Assembly (NCBI GenBank): GCA_965203355.1
Contig: OZ241889.1
Span: 2,176,001 to 2,240,000 of the forward strand
DNA: 64,000 bases
From: Candidatus Latescibacterota bacterium
GTDB lineage: Bacteria; Latescibacterota; UBA2968; UBA8231
Reading direction: 5' to 3'
The translations under genes and the position numbers were made by a program. The notes beneath the pieces were generated by a model. It searched no databases and had not been told where the DNA came from. It saw only the letters and a list, made by a program, of their open reading frames with translations. Below, piece after piece: positions 37,911 to 47,600 of the stretch (position 1 is the stretch's first letter; every line of letters begins with the position of its first letter).

Positions 37911-40313
37911 CTATTTGCGCTCGGCGATTTTGCAGACCCAGATGCTGATTTCGTAGAGCAGGAGCAGGGGCAGAGCCATGAGAAGTTGGGAGACCGGATC
38001 GGGCGGCGTGAAAATCGCGCCGAGGACGAAGATGCCGATGATGGCATAGCGGCGGATATGGCGCATCCGCGCGGCGGTCAGTACGCCGACCTTGGCCAAG
38101 AAGAGCGACAGCACCGGCATTTCAAAGACGATGCCAAAGCCGGCTATGAGCCGCAGCACAAAGCCTATGTACTCGTCGGCCGCCCATTGCGAGGTCATGT
38201 CGGGCGGCTCTAGTGCGAGGAAAAAGCGCAGCCCGAGCGGGAGGACGATGTAATAGGCGATCAGGGTGCCGACCGAAAAGCAGAGGACGCTCAGCGAGAT
38301 AATGGGCAGCACGAGCCGTTTCTCGCGCTGCAAAAGCCCTGGGGCGACAAAGTGCCAAGCTTGGTAGAAGATGATCGGCAGGGCCAGCAGCAGCCCGCCG
38401 ACAAAGGCGATTTGCAAGCTGATGAAGAAGTAGGTCATGGGCCGGAGGGCTTGCAGCCGACGCGCTGGGGGCAGGTCGGTGCTGGGCGCGTCCGGTTCGG
38501 GCGCACTATCGGGTGGTCCCAACCACTGACTCACCAGCTTCTTGATCGCCCGCACCGCGCCCGAGGATTGCTGGCTTTCCAAACTGAGGACGGCCTCTTC
38601 GTATGGCCGGGTCAAAAGTTGCACGATCGAGTCGGAGAAGGCAAAGCAGATCACCGCGCCCACGGCGAGCGCGGCTAGGGCCTTGAGAATGCGCCAGCGG
38701 AGTTCTTCGAGGTGGTCGAGAAAGGGCATGTTGGCCGCTCGGGGCGCGTCTGGTGCGGGTTCGTCTTGATCGGCCGTTGGCTCGCGGGTGGGGCGGGGCT
38801 CGCGGAAACGGGCGACAAAAGCGACTAGCGCGATCAGCAGGCAGCCCACGGCGAACAGGTCGCCGTGCCGCGTGTAGAAGGTCGCGGGTTGGCCGACCGG
38901 CACGGTGGCCACGGCGACCGCCGGGGTGAAAAGGTCGGTCGCCTCGTAGGTGCGGCCAAATGGGTCGATGAACAAGGAGATGCCGGTGGTGGCGGAGCGG
39001 GCGATGGCTGTGCGGTTTTCAATGGCGCGCATGGCGTTGATGAGCGCGTGTTGGTAGGGGCCGGCGCTGCGGCCAAACCATGAGTCATTCGTGATATTGA
39101 CCAGTACGCGCGCCCCAGCCGCCACGTGCTGGCGCACCAGATCGGGAAAGATGGACTCAAAGCAGATGAGCACGGCAAAAGGGTGCCGAGGATGGGCAAA
39201 AACCGCATGCTCGGTGCCGCGTGCAAACTCGGCCGGGCCGAGATCGCCAGTCAGGCGGGTCCAGTCGATGTCGCGCAGCAGCGGGATCGCGTCGCGGTAA
39301 GGCGTCCGCTCGCCAAAGGGCACTAAGTGCATCTTAGCGTACGAAGGCAGCGATCCGGCTCCGGGTTGGACGAAGAAGGCTGCGTTGTAGTTGGCGTGCG
39401 GCGCGCCGGTCAGCAAGGGGATGTCCAACTCCTCGACGAGTGCTTGGACGCGGCTTCGGCAACCAGCCTGGCGCACGGGGTCGCACGGCACGGCCGTCTC
39501 GGGCCAGACTAGTAGCTCTGGATCGCGCTTGGCCGCTTGGCGCGAGAGCGTAGCGAGGGCTGAGAAAGTGCGCTCCAGCCCGTTAGGACCCCACTTGTCG
39601 GCGTATGTAGTGTTGGGTTGAATCAGGCCGATGCGCAAGCCCCCGTCCGAGACGGCTGTCGCTAGGGTGCTCTGGGCGTGGAGCCAAGGCAAGAGATAGC
39701 CCAAGGCAACGCCCACGAAAAAGACGCGCCGCTCGACGAGTGCTAGGTAGAGTAGCGCGTTGAGGCCGACGACCCAGCAGGAGACGCCAAAGACACCGGT
39801 CCAAGCGGCGTACTGGATGAAGTGCGGCAAGGCGGCTTGGCTGTGCCCCAATAGGAGCCAAGGAAAACCCAACTCCCCGAGCGAGAGCAGATATTCCTGC
39901 CCGGTCCATAATAAAGGTAGCAGCCCGAGTGCCTTCGCTCCCCACCGTGCGGCGAGCCCGTTGAACAGCCCAGTGCAAAGGCCGGTAAAAAGGCCCAAAT
40001 AAGCGGCCATCAGTCCGGTGCCCCCGACGACGGCCAGCCCGCCGCCTTGGGTATAGGCCACCCAGTACAGGGACAGCAGGTTCCACGCGAACCCGCTGAC
40101 CCAACCCGCGGCAAAGCCCGCTTTGAAGCCGCGATCCTTCAGCACCAGTAGCAAAGGCACCAACGCACAATGGGCCCAGAGTGGATGATAGAGAAAGGCG
40201 AGTGGGTGATCAGGATGGCTGGGAAAAGCCAGTGACAGCAAGGCCCCGCTCAAGGCGGCGAGCAGCAGGCGGGAAAGCGGGGTTAGAGGCAGGACAAGGC
40301 GCGGATTAAACAT
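37911..40313 (-). CDS. Fusion of apolipoprotein N-acyltransferase (Lnt) and TatC
   Basis: Lnt WPETA / KMHLVPFGE / ICFES / NITNDSWFG, then linker, then TatC MPFLDHLEELRWR, FVAPGL, FEMP, TPPD; no stop between. Confidence 0.9.
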   Translation of the reverse strand: MFNPRLVLPLTPLSRLLLAALSGALLSLAFPSHPDHPLAFLYHPLWAHCALVPLLLVLKDRGFKAGFAAGWVSGFAWNLLSLYWVAYTQGGGLAVVGGTGLMAAYLGLFTGLCTGLFNGLAARWGAKALGLLPLLWTGQEYLLSLGELGFPWLLLGHSQAALPHFIQYAAWTGVFGVSCWVVGLNALLYLALVERRVFFVGVALGYLLPWLHAQSTLATAVSDGGLRIGLIQPNTTYADKWGPNGLERTFSALATLSRQAAKRDPELLVWPETAVPCDPVRQAGCRSRVQALVEELDIPLLTGAPHANYNAAFFVQPGAGSLPSYAKMHLVPFGERTPYRDAIPLLRDIDWTRLTGDLGPAEFARGTEHAVFAHPRHPFAVLICFESIFPDLVRQHVAAGARVLVNITNDSWFGRSAGPYQHALINAMRAIENRTAIARSATTGISLFIDPFGRTYEATDLFTPAVAVATVPVGQPATFYTRHGDLFAVGCLLIALVAFVARFREPRPTREPTADQDEPAPDAPRAANMPFLDHLEELRWRILKALAALAVGAVICFAFSDSIVQLLTRPYEEAVLSLESQQSSGAVRAIKKLVSQWLGPPDSAPEPDAPSTDLPPARRLQALRPMTYFFISLQIAFVGGLLLALPIIFYQAWHFVAPGLLQREKRLVLPIISLSVLCFSVGTLIAYYIVLPLGLRFFLALEPPDMTSQWAADEYIGFVLRLIAGFGIVFEMPVLSLFLAKVGVLTAARMRHIRRYAIIGIFVLGAIFTPPDPVSQLLMALPLLLLYEISIWVCKIAERK

Positions 40314-40371
40314 TGGCAGTGGGAAGTAAGGTGCAAAAATATAGGAGGCCCCCCAAGGCGGAGCAAGATGC

Positions 40372-40387
40372 TGGCATAGATTCTGCT
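40372..40387 (+). promoter_or_regulatory. Putative sigma-54 promoter upstream of radC
   Basis: TGGCAT-AGATT-CTGCT (GG-N10-GC). Confidence 0.4.
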
Positions 40388-40486
40388 TTTATACGTCGGT
40401 TGAGCCTAGTGCCTAGGGGATAGTGGGGGCTAGACGATACATTCGCGTGGTTTTTTGTTACAACTTTGCCCAAGGAGGAACGCGCT

Positions 40487-41206
40487 GTGCCAACGCAAAT
40501 TCAGCCCATTGACCACGACTTTGTCGCCCGCACGGTGGGCGAGGGGCCGCCCATACACCGCCACGACCTGCCGCGGGAGCGGCTCTCGCGCTTGGGCCCC
40601 CAGGCACTCAAGGATCAAGAGTTGTTGGCCGTAGCTTTGGGAACGGGGTATCGCGGTCGGCACGTGGTAGATTTGGCTGAGGACATCCTCGCCGATTATC
40701 CCAAGGAATCGCTGGTCGATATGGACTTGGGGCAATTGAGCCGGATCAAGGGGTTGGGCAAGGCCAAGGCCGGGGTTTTGGTCGCGGCGTTTGAGCTGGC
40801 GCGCCGCGGGTTGCACAAGGGCTTGGGGGTGCGGCCGGTGATTAGCGCACCCGGCGACGCGCTGGCCATGCTGTCCGACATCAAGGATCAGCAGCGCGAG
40901 CACTTTCTCTGCTTGTATCTCAACGCCCGCAATCAGGTGATCCACAAGGAAGTCGTGTCGATCGGCAGTCTATCTTCGGCCATCGTGCATCCGCGCGAGG
41001 TCTTTCGCACGGCGGTAGCGCAGGCTGCGGCCAGTGTGATCTTGGCGCACAACCATCCCTCCGGCGATGTATCGCCCAGCCAAGACGACATCAACCTGAC
41101 GCGGCGCTTGGTGCAGGCCGGAGAAATCATGGGCATTGACGTGTTGGACCATCTCATCATCGGCAGCGACGATTTTCTCAGTTTGAAGGAGCGCGGCTTG
41201 ATCTAA
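40487..41206 (+). CDS. radC: RadC / JAB-domain protein
   Basis: PRERL, VHPREVF, HNHPSGD..PS..D, LDHLII; AAGGAGG RBS. Confidence 0.95.
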   Translation: MPTQIQPIDHDFVARTVGEGPPIHRHDLPRERLSRLGPQALKDQELLAVALGTGYRGRHVVDLAEDILADYPKESLVDMDLGQLSRIKGLGKAKAGVLVAAFELARRGLHKGLGVRPVISAPGDALAMLSDIKDQQREHFLCLYLNARNQVIHKEVVSIGSLSSAIVHPREVFRTAVAQAAASVILAHNHPSGDVSPSQDDINLTRRLVQAGEIMGIDVLDHLIIGSDDFLSLKERGLI

Positions 41207-41282
41207 TAGTAAAATTGTATTTGCTCGGCAAAAGCCTATATTACTGACGAGGACAGCAATTTATACTAAGGGTACGCGAGCG

Positions 41283-41960
41283 ATGAAAGACGAAGGAAGC
41301 CATTTAATTCCGGTGTACATTTTCGATATGTATCCCTATCCAGACGCGGAGCAGGGCTTGGGTATGCCACAGAAGTTCTTGGTTTTGCTCAAAAATAAAG
41401 AAAACAGCGTGGTGCCCATTACGATCGGCCATTTTGAGGGCGAAGCTCTCGTCATGGCGCTCCGCAAAATCGCCTTGCCGCGGCCCCTGCCGCACGACCT
41501 GTTGTGCAACCTGCTCAAGCGAATCGACGCCGTAGTCCACAAGCTGGTGGTCCACACGCTCAAAGAGGATGTTTTCCACGCGTACCTGCTGGTCCAAGCT
41601 CAGGGCCAGCCTTTCTATCTCGACTGTCGTCCCAGCGATGGCATGATCGTCGCCACGCTCTTGGGCATATCGCTCTTTGTGACCCCAGAAGTCATGGAAG
41701 CCGCCGGTCAGTTGCTGGAACACTCGGACGAGCCCACAGCAGCCGAGGACGAACAAGCCGCTGAATCCGCAGCGGACAAAGCGGCTGAGCGCGAGGAAGC
41801 CGCGAAGAAGTCGGAGGCGTTCGTGGATCCGGCGACGGGCGATCCGATAAGCCGATTGGAACAACTCAAGGCGCACTTGGACTGGCTCATCGCTCAAGAG
41901 GCTTACGAGCAGGCAGCCAAGGTCCGCGACCGCATCAGCGAGCTAGAGTCCGAAGACTAG
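41283..41960 (+). CDS. Bifunctional nuclease (DUF151) with C-terminal UVR domain
   Basis: PITIG..E, RPLPHDL, DCRPSDG, EAYEQAAKVRD. Confidence 0.88.
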   Translation: MKDEGSHLIPVYIFDMYPYPDAEQGLGMPQKFLVLLKNKENSVVPITIGHFEGEALVMALRKIALPRPLPHDLLCNLLKRIDAVVHKLVVHTLKEDVFHAYLLVQAQGQPFYLDCRPSDGMIVATLLGISLFVTPEVMEAAGQLLEHSDEPTAAEDEQAAESAADKAAEREEAAKKSEAFVDPATGDPISRLEQLKAHLDWLIAQEAYEQAAKVRDRISELESED

Positions 41961-42033
41961 AGAACACGCTGGCTGCGCTTCGCCCTAACGCTCTTGTACG
42001 GCTGTTGCCGTGCCGGGGCGTTTTTTATGCTAG

Positions 42034-43917
42034 CTAGCGGGTGGCTTGGGTGCGGGCGTGCAGGAAGACCATGAGCGAAGCAATATCCGCGGGCGAAACT
42101 CCAGAGATGCGCGAAGCCTGTCCCAAGGTCTGCGGGCGGACCGCCGCGAGCTTTTGGCGCGCCTCGGTTGAAATGTTCAGCCCGGGCGCGGCGAAGTCAA
42201 AATCGGTCGGTACGCGCAGGGATTCGAGGCGCTTGAGCTTTTGCGCTTGGGTCTCTTGGCGCTTGATGTACCCCGCGTATTTGATCTCGGCCTCGACGTG
42301 TTCGGCCGCGTCCGGCGAGAGGGGCTGTGGCGGTGGGGCGAATTCGCAGAGGTGGTCGTAGTTGAGTTGAGGACGGCGCAACAACTCGGCGAGCGAGGTC
42401 GATTCAGCGATGGGAGCGGTGCCCTGCCGAGCCAAGACCTCTCGCACCTTTTCGGTCGGTTTGACGCGCTCGTGCTGTAGGCGTTCGCGTTCGGTGGCGA
42501 CTTGTCGCTGCTTGGTTTGAAACTGACGCCACAGGTCATCGCCGATCAGCCCTAGTGCCCGGCCCTTGGCCATCAGGCGGTCGTCGGCGTTGTCCTCGCG
42601 CAAGAGCAGTCGGTGCTCAGCGCGCGAGGTGAAGATGCGATACGGCTCTAGCGTCCCTTTGGTCACGAGGTCGTCGATGAGGACGCCGATGTACGCATCG
42701 GCCCGCGTAAGTACCAGCGGATCGTTTCCGCGTGCCTTGAGCACCGCGTTGATGCCTGCCATGATCCCTTGCGCTGCGGCTTCTTCATAGCCCGTGGTGC
42801 CGTTGATCTGACCCGCGAAGAAGAGATTGGCCACGCGCTTGGTCTCTAGATGTGGATAAAGCTGGGTCGGCGGGGCGTAATCGTATTCGACGGCGTACGC
42901 CGGGCGTAGGATCTCGGCCCGTTCGAGGCCGGGCAGAGAGCGCACGACCTGGGGTTGTAGGGTCTCCGGCAGGCTCATCGACAGACCGTTGAGATAAAAC
43001 TCGAGCGTGCGCCGCCCTTCTGGCTCGACGAAAACTTGGTGTCGTTCCTTGTCGGCAAAGCGCGCGATTTTGTCCTCTATGGAGGGGCAGTAGCGCGGGC
43101 CGATGCCCTCAATGCGCCCGCTGTACATGGCTGAACGCGACAGGTTGTCTTGGACGATCGCGTGGGTGTGGGCGTTGGTGTAGGTGATCCAGCAGGGCAT
43201 TTGCGGCTGGGTAATTTTTGGCACCGCATAGGAAAAGGGGCGCGGCGGGTCGTCGCCGGGCTGTTGCTCAAACGCAGCAAAGTCGAGGGTGCGGCCATTG
43301 ACGCGCGGCGGAGTGCCGGTTTTGAGGCGCCCGGTTTCAAAGCCGAGTGCGACCAAGCCCTCGGCGGCCTTTTCGGCGGCCGTTTCGCCGGCCCGTCCTG
43401 CGCTATAGGAGAAATCGCCGACGTGAATCTTGCCGCGCAGAAAGGTGCCGGTCGTGAGGATGACGGTGCGGCTGCGGTAGGCGATACCGCCCTTGACGCC
43501 GATGCCTTGAACGGTTCCGTCCTCGATTAGCAAGGACTCCATCAGGCCCTGGCGGATGTCGAGATGCTCCTGCTGTTCGCAGGTGTACTTTAGCTCAAAT
43601 TGGTAGTCCTTTTTGTCGGCTTGGGCGCGCGAGGCGCGGACGGCTGGCCCGCGCGAGGTGTTGAGGCGGCGGAACTGGATGCCGGTGCGGTCGATGTTGA
43701 CGGCCATCTGGCCGCCGAGCGCGTCGATTTCTTTGACGATGTGTCCCTTGCCAATCCCGCCGATCGCCGGGTTGCACGATAGCTGGCCAATGGTGTCCAA
43801 GTTCATGGTCAGGAGCAGGGTCTCGGCTCCCATGCGCGCCGCAGCGAGCGCGGCCTCGGTGCCGGCGTGGCCACCGCCGACGACGATGACTTGGTACGCT
43901 TTGTCGTAGAAAATCAC
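42034..43917 (-). CDS. mnmG: tRNA uridine-5-carboxymethylaminomethyl synthase MnmG/GidA
   Basis: [49 protein letters not shown]. Confidence 0.97.
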   Translation of the reverse strand: MIFYDKAYQVIVVGGGHAGTEAALAAARMGAETLLLTMNLDTIGQLSCNPAIGGIGKGHIVKEIDALGGQMAVNIDRTGIQFRRLNTSRGPAVRASRAQADKKDYQFELKYTCEQQEHLDIRQGLMESLLIEDGTVQGIGVKGGIAYRSRTVILTTGTFLRGKIHVGDFSYSAGRAGETAAEKAAEGLVALGFETGRLKTGTPPRVNGRTLDFAAFEQQPGDDPPRPFSYAVPKITQPQMPCWITYTNAHTHAIVQDNLSRSAMYSGRIEGIGPRYCPSIEDKIARFADKERHQVFVEPEGRRTLEFYLNGLSMSLPETLQPQVVRSLPGLERAEILRPAYAVEYDYAPPTQLYPHLETKRVANLFFAGQINGTTGYEEAAAQGIMAGINAVLKARGNDPLVLTRADAYIGVLIDDLVTKGTLEPYRIFTSRAEHRLLLREDNADDRLMAKGRALGLIGDDLWRQFQTKQRQVATERERLQHERVKPTEKVREVLARQGTAPIAESTSLAELLRRPQLNYDHLCEFAPPPQPLSPDAAEHVEAEIKYAGYIKRQETQAQKLKRLESLRVPTDFDFAAPGLNISTEARQKLAAVRPQTLGQASRISGVSPADIASLMVFLHARTQATR

Positions 43918-44195
43918 GGTCGTTTATGCGCGGTGAGGATGCGGTCGCCTTGCTCTGCGGCCTCGCGCAAGAGCGTTTGCAACACATCTTCCGGGGAGCC
44001 AGCGCGCTCTTGCTTTGCGGACCAGTGCCACTGGTCTAGATAGGCGTCGGTGCCCACTAGTCCCTCCTGCATGGCGATGCGGTCGATTGCAAGCTGGAAG
44101 CGGGCGGGCAGGGGGTGCGAACTCGGCCGACGGCCAGCAAAGAGTTTGATTTGCGCGGGAATGTCGCGCCAATAGAGGACTTGGTATTGAATCAT
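43914..44195 (-). CDS. Small 'virulence factor' (Cvf-like) domain protein
   Basis: YWRDIPAQ...RFQ.AID..AM...TDAYL..W, a family found beside B12 methyltransferase genes. Confidence 0.7.
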   Translation of the reverse strand: MIQYQVLYWRDIPAQIKLFAGRRPSSHPLPARFQLAIDRIAMQEGLVGTDAYLDQWHWSAKQERAGSPEDVLQTLLREAAEQGDRILTAHKRP

Positions 44196-45181
44196 GCGTC
44201 GAGTGCTCGGCGAAAGGCGCGGATGTGATCGGGTGTAGTGCCGCAGCAGCCGCCGATGATCTGGACGCCGGATGCCGCTAAGTCTGGGACGTACGCGGCC
44301 ATTTCCTCGGGGTTCTGCGAGTAGATGGTGCGGAGGGCACTGTTGAGCCGGGGCATACCGGCGTTGGGATAGGTCATCAGTTTCTTGTTGAGGCCGCGTT
44401 CCTGCATGGCGGCCTTAAACTGCTCAACGCCGCCGAGGGCGTACGGCATGCCCGTGTGCTCGCTACGCCGGGTTTCAGCCCCGCAGTTGACCCCGACGAG
44501 GTGGACGTAGTCGAGGAGGTTATCGCCGCCGGCGTATTGGCCCGAAGCGAGTACGTCCAACAGGTCGGCGGCCGAGTGCCCCCAATCGGTGCGATAGACG
44601 ACCTGCTTGCTTTTGCGGTCTTGCGTGTATTTGAGCGCGAGGTTGACGGCAATGGGCAGGCCGGTCTGACGGGCGATGTTGCAGACCATGGCCGCTTCGA
44701 CGGCTGAGAACTGGGTTTCAACCGAAAAAAAATCGACTCCCCCTTCATACAGCGCGTCGATGATGCGCTGATGCGCGGCGCGGACCTCGTCGTTGGCAAT
44801 GCCGAAATCCGTACTGCCGGCGTCGGCCTCAATAGCGCCAGGGGAGGGGCCGATGGAGCCAGCGATGAAAACATCCCGCGCGCCGAGTTCCCGGGCGCGT
44901 TGTGCCAGCTCGGCTCCGCGCCGGGCCAGCCCCCCGGCTTGGGCCGGGTCTTTCCCGGCCATCGCGAGATGCAGTTCCGAGGCGACAAAGGTGTTGGTGC
45001 CAATGCAGTCGGCACCAGCGGCGATGTAGTCGGTGTGGATATCGACGACCGCCTCTGGGTGGCTTTCGTTGGCGAGGGTGGAGTTGGTCAGTTCGACTTG
45101 GCGGGCGAAAAGCTGGGAGCCAAAACCACCGTCGTATAAGAGGGGGCGCGGGTCGGCGAGGCGCTGGAGGAAAGAGGACAC
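44192..45181 (-). CDS. Homocysteine S-methyltransferase domain protein
   Basis: DGGFGS, TNTF, GSIGP, GVNCG, PNAG.P, IGGCCGTTP Zn ligands. Confidence 0.9.
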   Translation of the reverse strand: MSSFLQRLADPRPLLYDGGFGSQLFARQVELTNSTLANESHPEAVVDIHTDYIAAGADCIGTNTFVASELHLAMAGKDPAQAGGLARRGAELAQRARELGARDVFIAGSIGPSPGAIEADAGSTDFGIANDEVRAAHQRIIDALYEGGVDFFSVETQFSAVEAAMVCNIARQTGLPIAVNLALKYTQDRKSKQVVYRTDWGHSAADLLDVLASGQYAGGDNLLDYVHLVGVNCGAETRRSEHTGMPYALGGVEQFKAAMQERGLNKKLMTYPNAGMPRLNSALRTIYSQNPEEMAAYVPDLAASGVQIIGGCCGTTPDHIRAFRRALDA

Positions 45182-45195
45182 AGATGGGTCTCCGT

Positions 45196-46113
45196 CTAGG
45201 ATAGGGTGTCGGGGCGGGAGTCGCGGAACAGCCATTTGAGCAAGTGTTGGCCAAAGTCTGGCGCAAGTCGCGGTACGTGCGCGCCTTGCTCTATGGTCCA
45301 CAACTCGATGGTGACGTCGTTGCGGCAGCCCGTGCGGTAGCGGGTGCGGACCGTCTCAGGGCCATCAATGCCTTGGTCGAGGTCGAGCGGGCGGAGCGTT
45401 TCTGGATCGGTGAGGTCGCAGCGGGCAAGTGCCGCCCAGCGCAAGGCGACTTCTTCTGCGCCGGCGTACTCGTGCTCGCCCGCGCTACCGTCGTAGGCCA
45501 CGGTCTCGTCGGCTGTGCCGTGGATTTGCAGCACTGAGACCGGCGATGCGAAAGCGCAATGGGAGGGGTCACTGAAGGAGGTGCCAGCGAGACTGGCAAT
45601 CGCCACCAAGCCCGGGAGGCCTTCGCAGGCGAGCCGGTAGGACATAAAGCCGCCGTTGGAGTGCCCGAGGGCGAAGATGCGCTCTACAGCGATATGCGTA
45701 GCGGCTTCTTCAAGTAGCCCGGAAAGGTACTGCACGTCGTCAACTTGGGTGTTGTGGAGGTCGCAGCAGAAGTCCGTGGCGTTCCAGAAGCGATGGCCAT
45801 CGGGGTCGTGCGTACCGTTGGCCATGATGAGGGCGAAGCGGTCGGCGTTCACCCGCTTTGAGAGGCCGAAATAGCGGTCGTGCTGAGCCGAGTGGCTGGT
45901 GAAGCCGTGCAAGCTGAGCACGACCGGGATCGGCGTTGCGGGGTCGTGATGGGCTGGGAGGATCAAGGGGGCCGGGCGTTGGCCGCCCAAGGTGTGGACG
46001 ATGTGATCTTCGCTCAAATGGGCAACCCATTCGGTATGGGATATTTCTTGGCTACAGGCGATGAGGGTCAACGACAGCAGAGCCGCAAGGATACAGATTT
46101 TGTCGTTCCGCAT
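45196..46113 (-). CDS. Lipoprotein PHB depolymerase/LpqC-like esterase
   Basis: Lipobox LIAC, LHG, WNATDFCC, GHSNGGFM, HGTAD. Confidence 0.85.
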   Translation of the reverse strand: MRNDKICILAALLSLTLIACSQEISHTEWVAHLSEDHIVHTLGGQRPAPLILPAHHDPATPIPVVLSLHGFTSHSAQHDRYFGLSKRVNADRFALIMANGTHDPDGHRFWNATDFCCDLHNTQVDDVQYLSGLLEEAATHIAVERIFALGHSNGGFMSYRLACEGLPGLVAIASLAGTSFSDPSHCAFASPVSVLQIHGTADETVAYDGSAGEHEYAGAEEVALRWAALARCDLTDPETLRPLDLDQGIDGPETVRTRYRTGCRNDVTIELWTIEQGAHVPRLAPDFGQHLLKWLFRDSRPDTLS

Positions 46114-46314
46114 ATGGCCCCTCCTTTCCGGTTGCAAGCTACAGAGCGACGGCAACAAAACCCGCTCGAGATTTTTTCGCGGCAATTGATTGCCGATAAG
46201 ATGCCCTTATCGTTGACGCGGCAGCTCGCCACACACGGGGCAAGGCCCATGCCATTCACCAGCCCCGGCGGGGCGAAAGGCCCAGCGCGGTTAGCCGCTG
46301 AAACAGCCCGGTCT

Positions 46315-46596
46315 TTAGCCCGGCAAGCGCGCCAAAATCAGGGTGCCGAGGGCTAGCAGGGTGGCTATTTGCATGCCGACCAGCCAGCGCGTGAGCGAGT
46401 CAAAGCGGGCGTTGGTCTGGCGGCCTTGCTCGGCGATGGCTTGCCGCAGTTCGCGGCCTTGCTCTTCGATGGCTTTTTCAAGACGGTCAAAGCGGGCGTT
46501 GGTCTGGCGGCCCTGTTCGATTAGTTGCTCGGCGATGCCTTCCAGCCTTCCAATGCGTCGGTCGTGGTCTTGGGCTTGTGTAATCGGTTCGTTCAT
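46315..46596 (-). CDS. Small coiled-coil protein with C-terminal TM (copy B, 93 aa)
   Basis: DRRIGRLEG...WLVGMQIATLLALGTLIL; internal EQGRQTNARFD duplication; AAGGAG RBS. Confidence 0.8.
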   Translation of the reverse strand: MNEPITQAQDHDRRIGRLEGIAEQLIEQGRQTNARFDRLEKAIEEQGRELRQAIAEQGRQTNARFDSLTRWLVGMQIATLLALGTLILARLPG

Positions 46597-46756
46597 AGGG
46601 TGTTCTCCTTTACTTTGCGCTCGGCGGCCTTGACACGCGGCCAGCCCGAATCGACACCACGGCGGAGCACTTCGGCCAACGAAAGCCCGTATTGGTCGGC
46701 CAGCCCTTCCACGCGGGTTTTGGTCTCGGCGTCCAGCCGCTGAAACAGCCCGGTCT

Positions 46757-46993
46757 TTAGCCCGGCAAGCGCGACAAAATCAGGGTGCCGAGGGCTAACA
46801 GGGTGGCTATTTGCATGCCGACCAGCCAGCGCGTCAGCGAGTCAATGCGGCGACCTTGTTCTTGGATGGCTTGCCGCAGTTCGGCAATGCCTCGCTCAAT
46901 GTTGTCCAAGCGGTGCGTGAGCTGCTCGGTGATACCTTCCAGCCGTCCAATACGGCGGTCGTGGTCTTGGGCTTGTGTAATCGGTTCGTTCAT
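46757..46993 (-). CDS. Small coiled-coil protein with C-terminal TM (copy A, 78 aa)
   Basis: Paralog of 46315-46596. Confidence 0.8.
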   Translation of the reverse strand: MNEPITQAQDHDRRIGRLEGITEQLTHRLDNIERGIAELRQAIQEQGRRIDSLTRWLVGMQIATLLALGTLILSRLPG

Positions 46994-47211
46994 AGGGTGT
47001 TCTCCTTTGCCTTGTGTCGCACGGCCTTGACACGCGGCCAGCCCGAATCGATACCACAGCGGAGCACTTCGGCCAACGAAAGCCCGTATTGGTCGGCCAG
47101 CCCTTCCACGCGGGTTTTGGTCTCGGCGTCTAGCTTAACGCCCATCTGCCGGGCATAATGGACTTGTCGGTGCGCCTTGCGCTGGCCTAAAGCATCTCGT
47201 TCAAAGCTCAT
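46990..47211 (-). CDS. Ribbon-helix-helix (CopG-like) protein
   Basis: MGVKLDAETKTRVEGLADQYGLSLAEVLRCGI; GGGAG RBS; ATGA overlap with the next gene. Confidence 0.65.
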   Translation of the reverse strand: MSFERDALGQRKAHRQVHYARQMGVKLDAETKTRVEGLADQYGLSLAEVLRCGIDSGWPRVKAVRHKAKENTL

Positions 47212-47600
47212 TAAAAAAACTCCCGGCGGCCTTGCATTCACAAAGAGAGTGTCGCGGCGGGCGACTACATTGTCAAGACGCGCTTCACGCCTCGCGTGAT
47301 ACTAACTGTATATTGGTAGTTGCTAGTTATCCTCTTCCGTCCAGCTTCGGAGTTGGTCAAGGGCTTTTTCGAAGTCTTCGATGGCTTTTTGTCGACCTCT
47401 GTTTGGGCTAGGCTCTGGTTTGCTGTTAGCAGGATAGCGAGTAGTGCTGTTACAGCCATTGTCTTGTCTCCTGAGCGTGTGAGAAGTGGTCTCCGGGTGG
47501 CTGGCCTCAAGCTCCGGCTGTGAATTGTTCCTGTGAACATTTCGCGCTCCCCGCACTCTCGCCGCTGGCTGCGCTAAGCAGGCCAATAATGACCAACGGA

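Larger units (their letters stand above)
46293..47134 (-). repeat. Tandem duplication (units about 46293-46734 and 46735-47134)
   Basis: Both units carry the coiled-coil gene plus the 3' part of the RHH gene; AGC microhomology at the junction. Confidence 0.9.
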
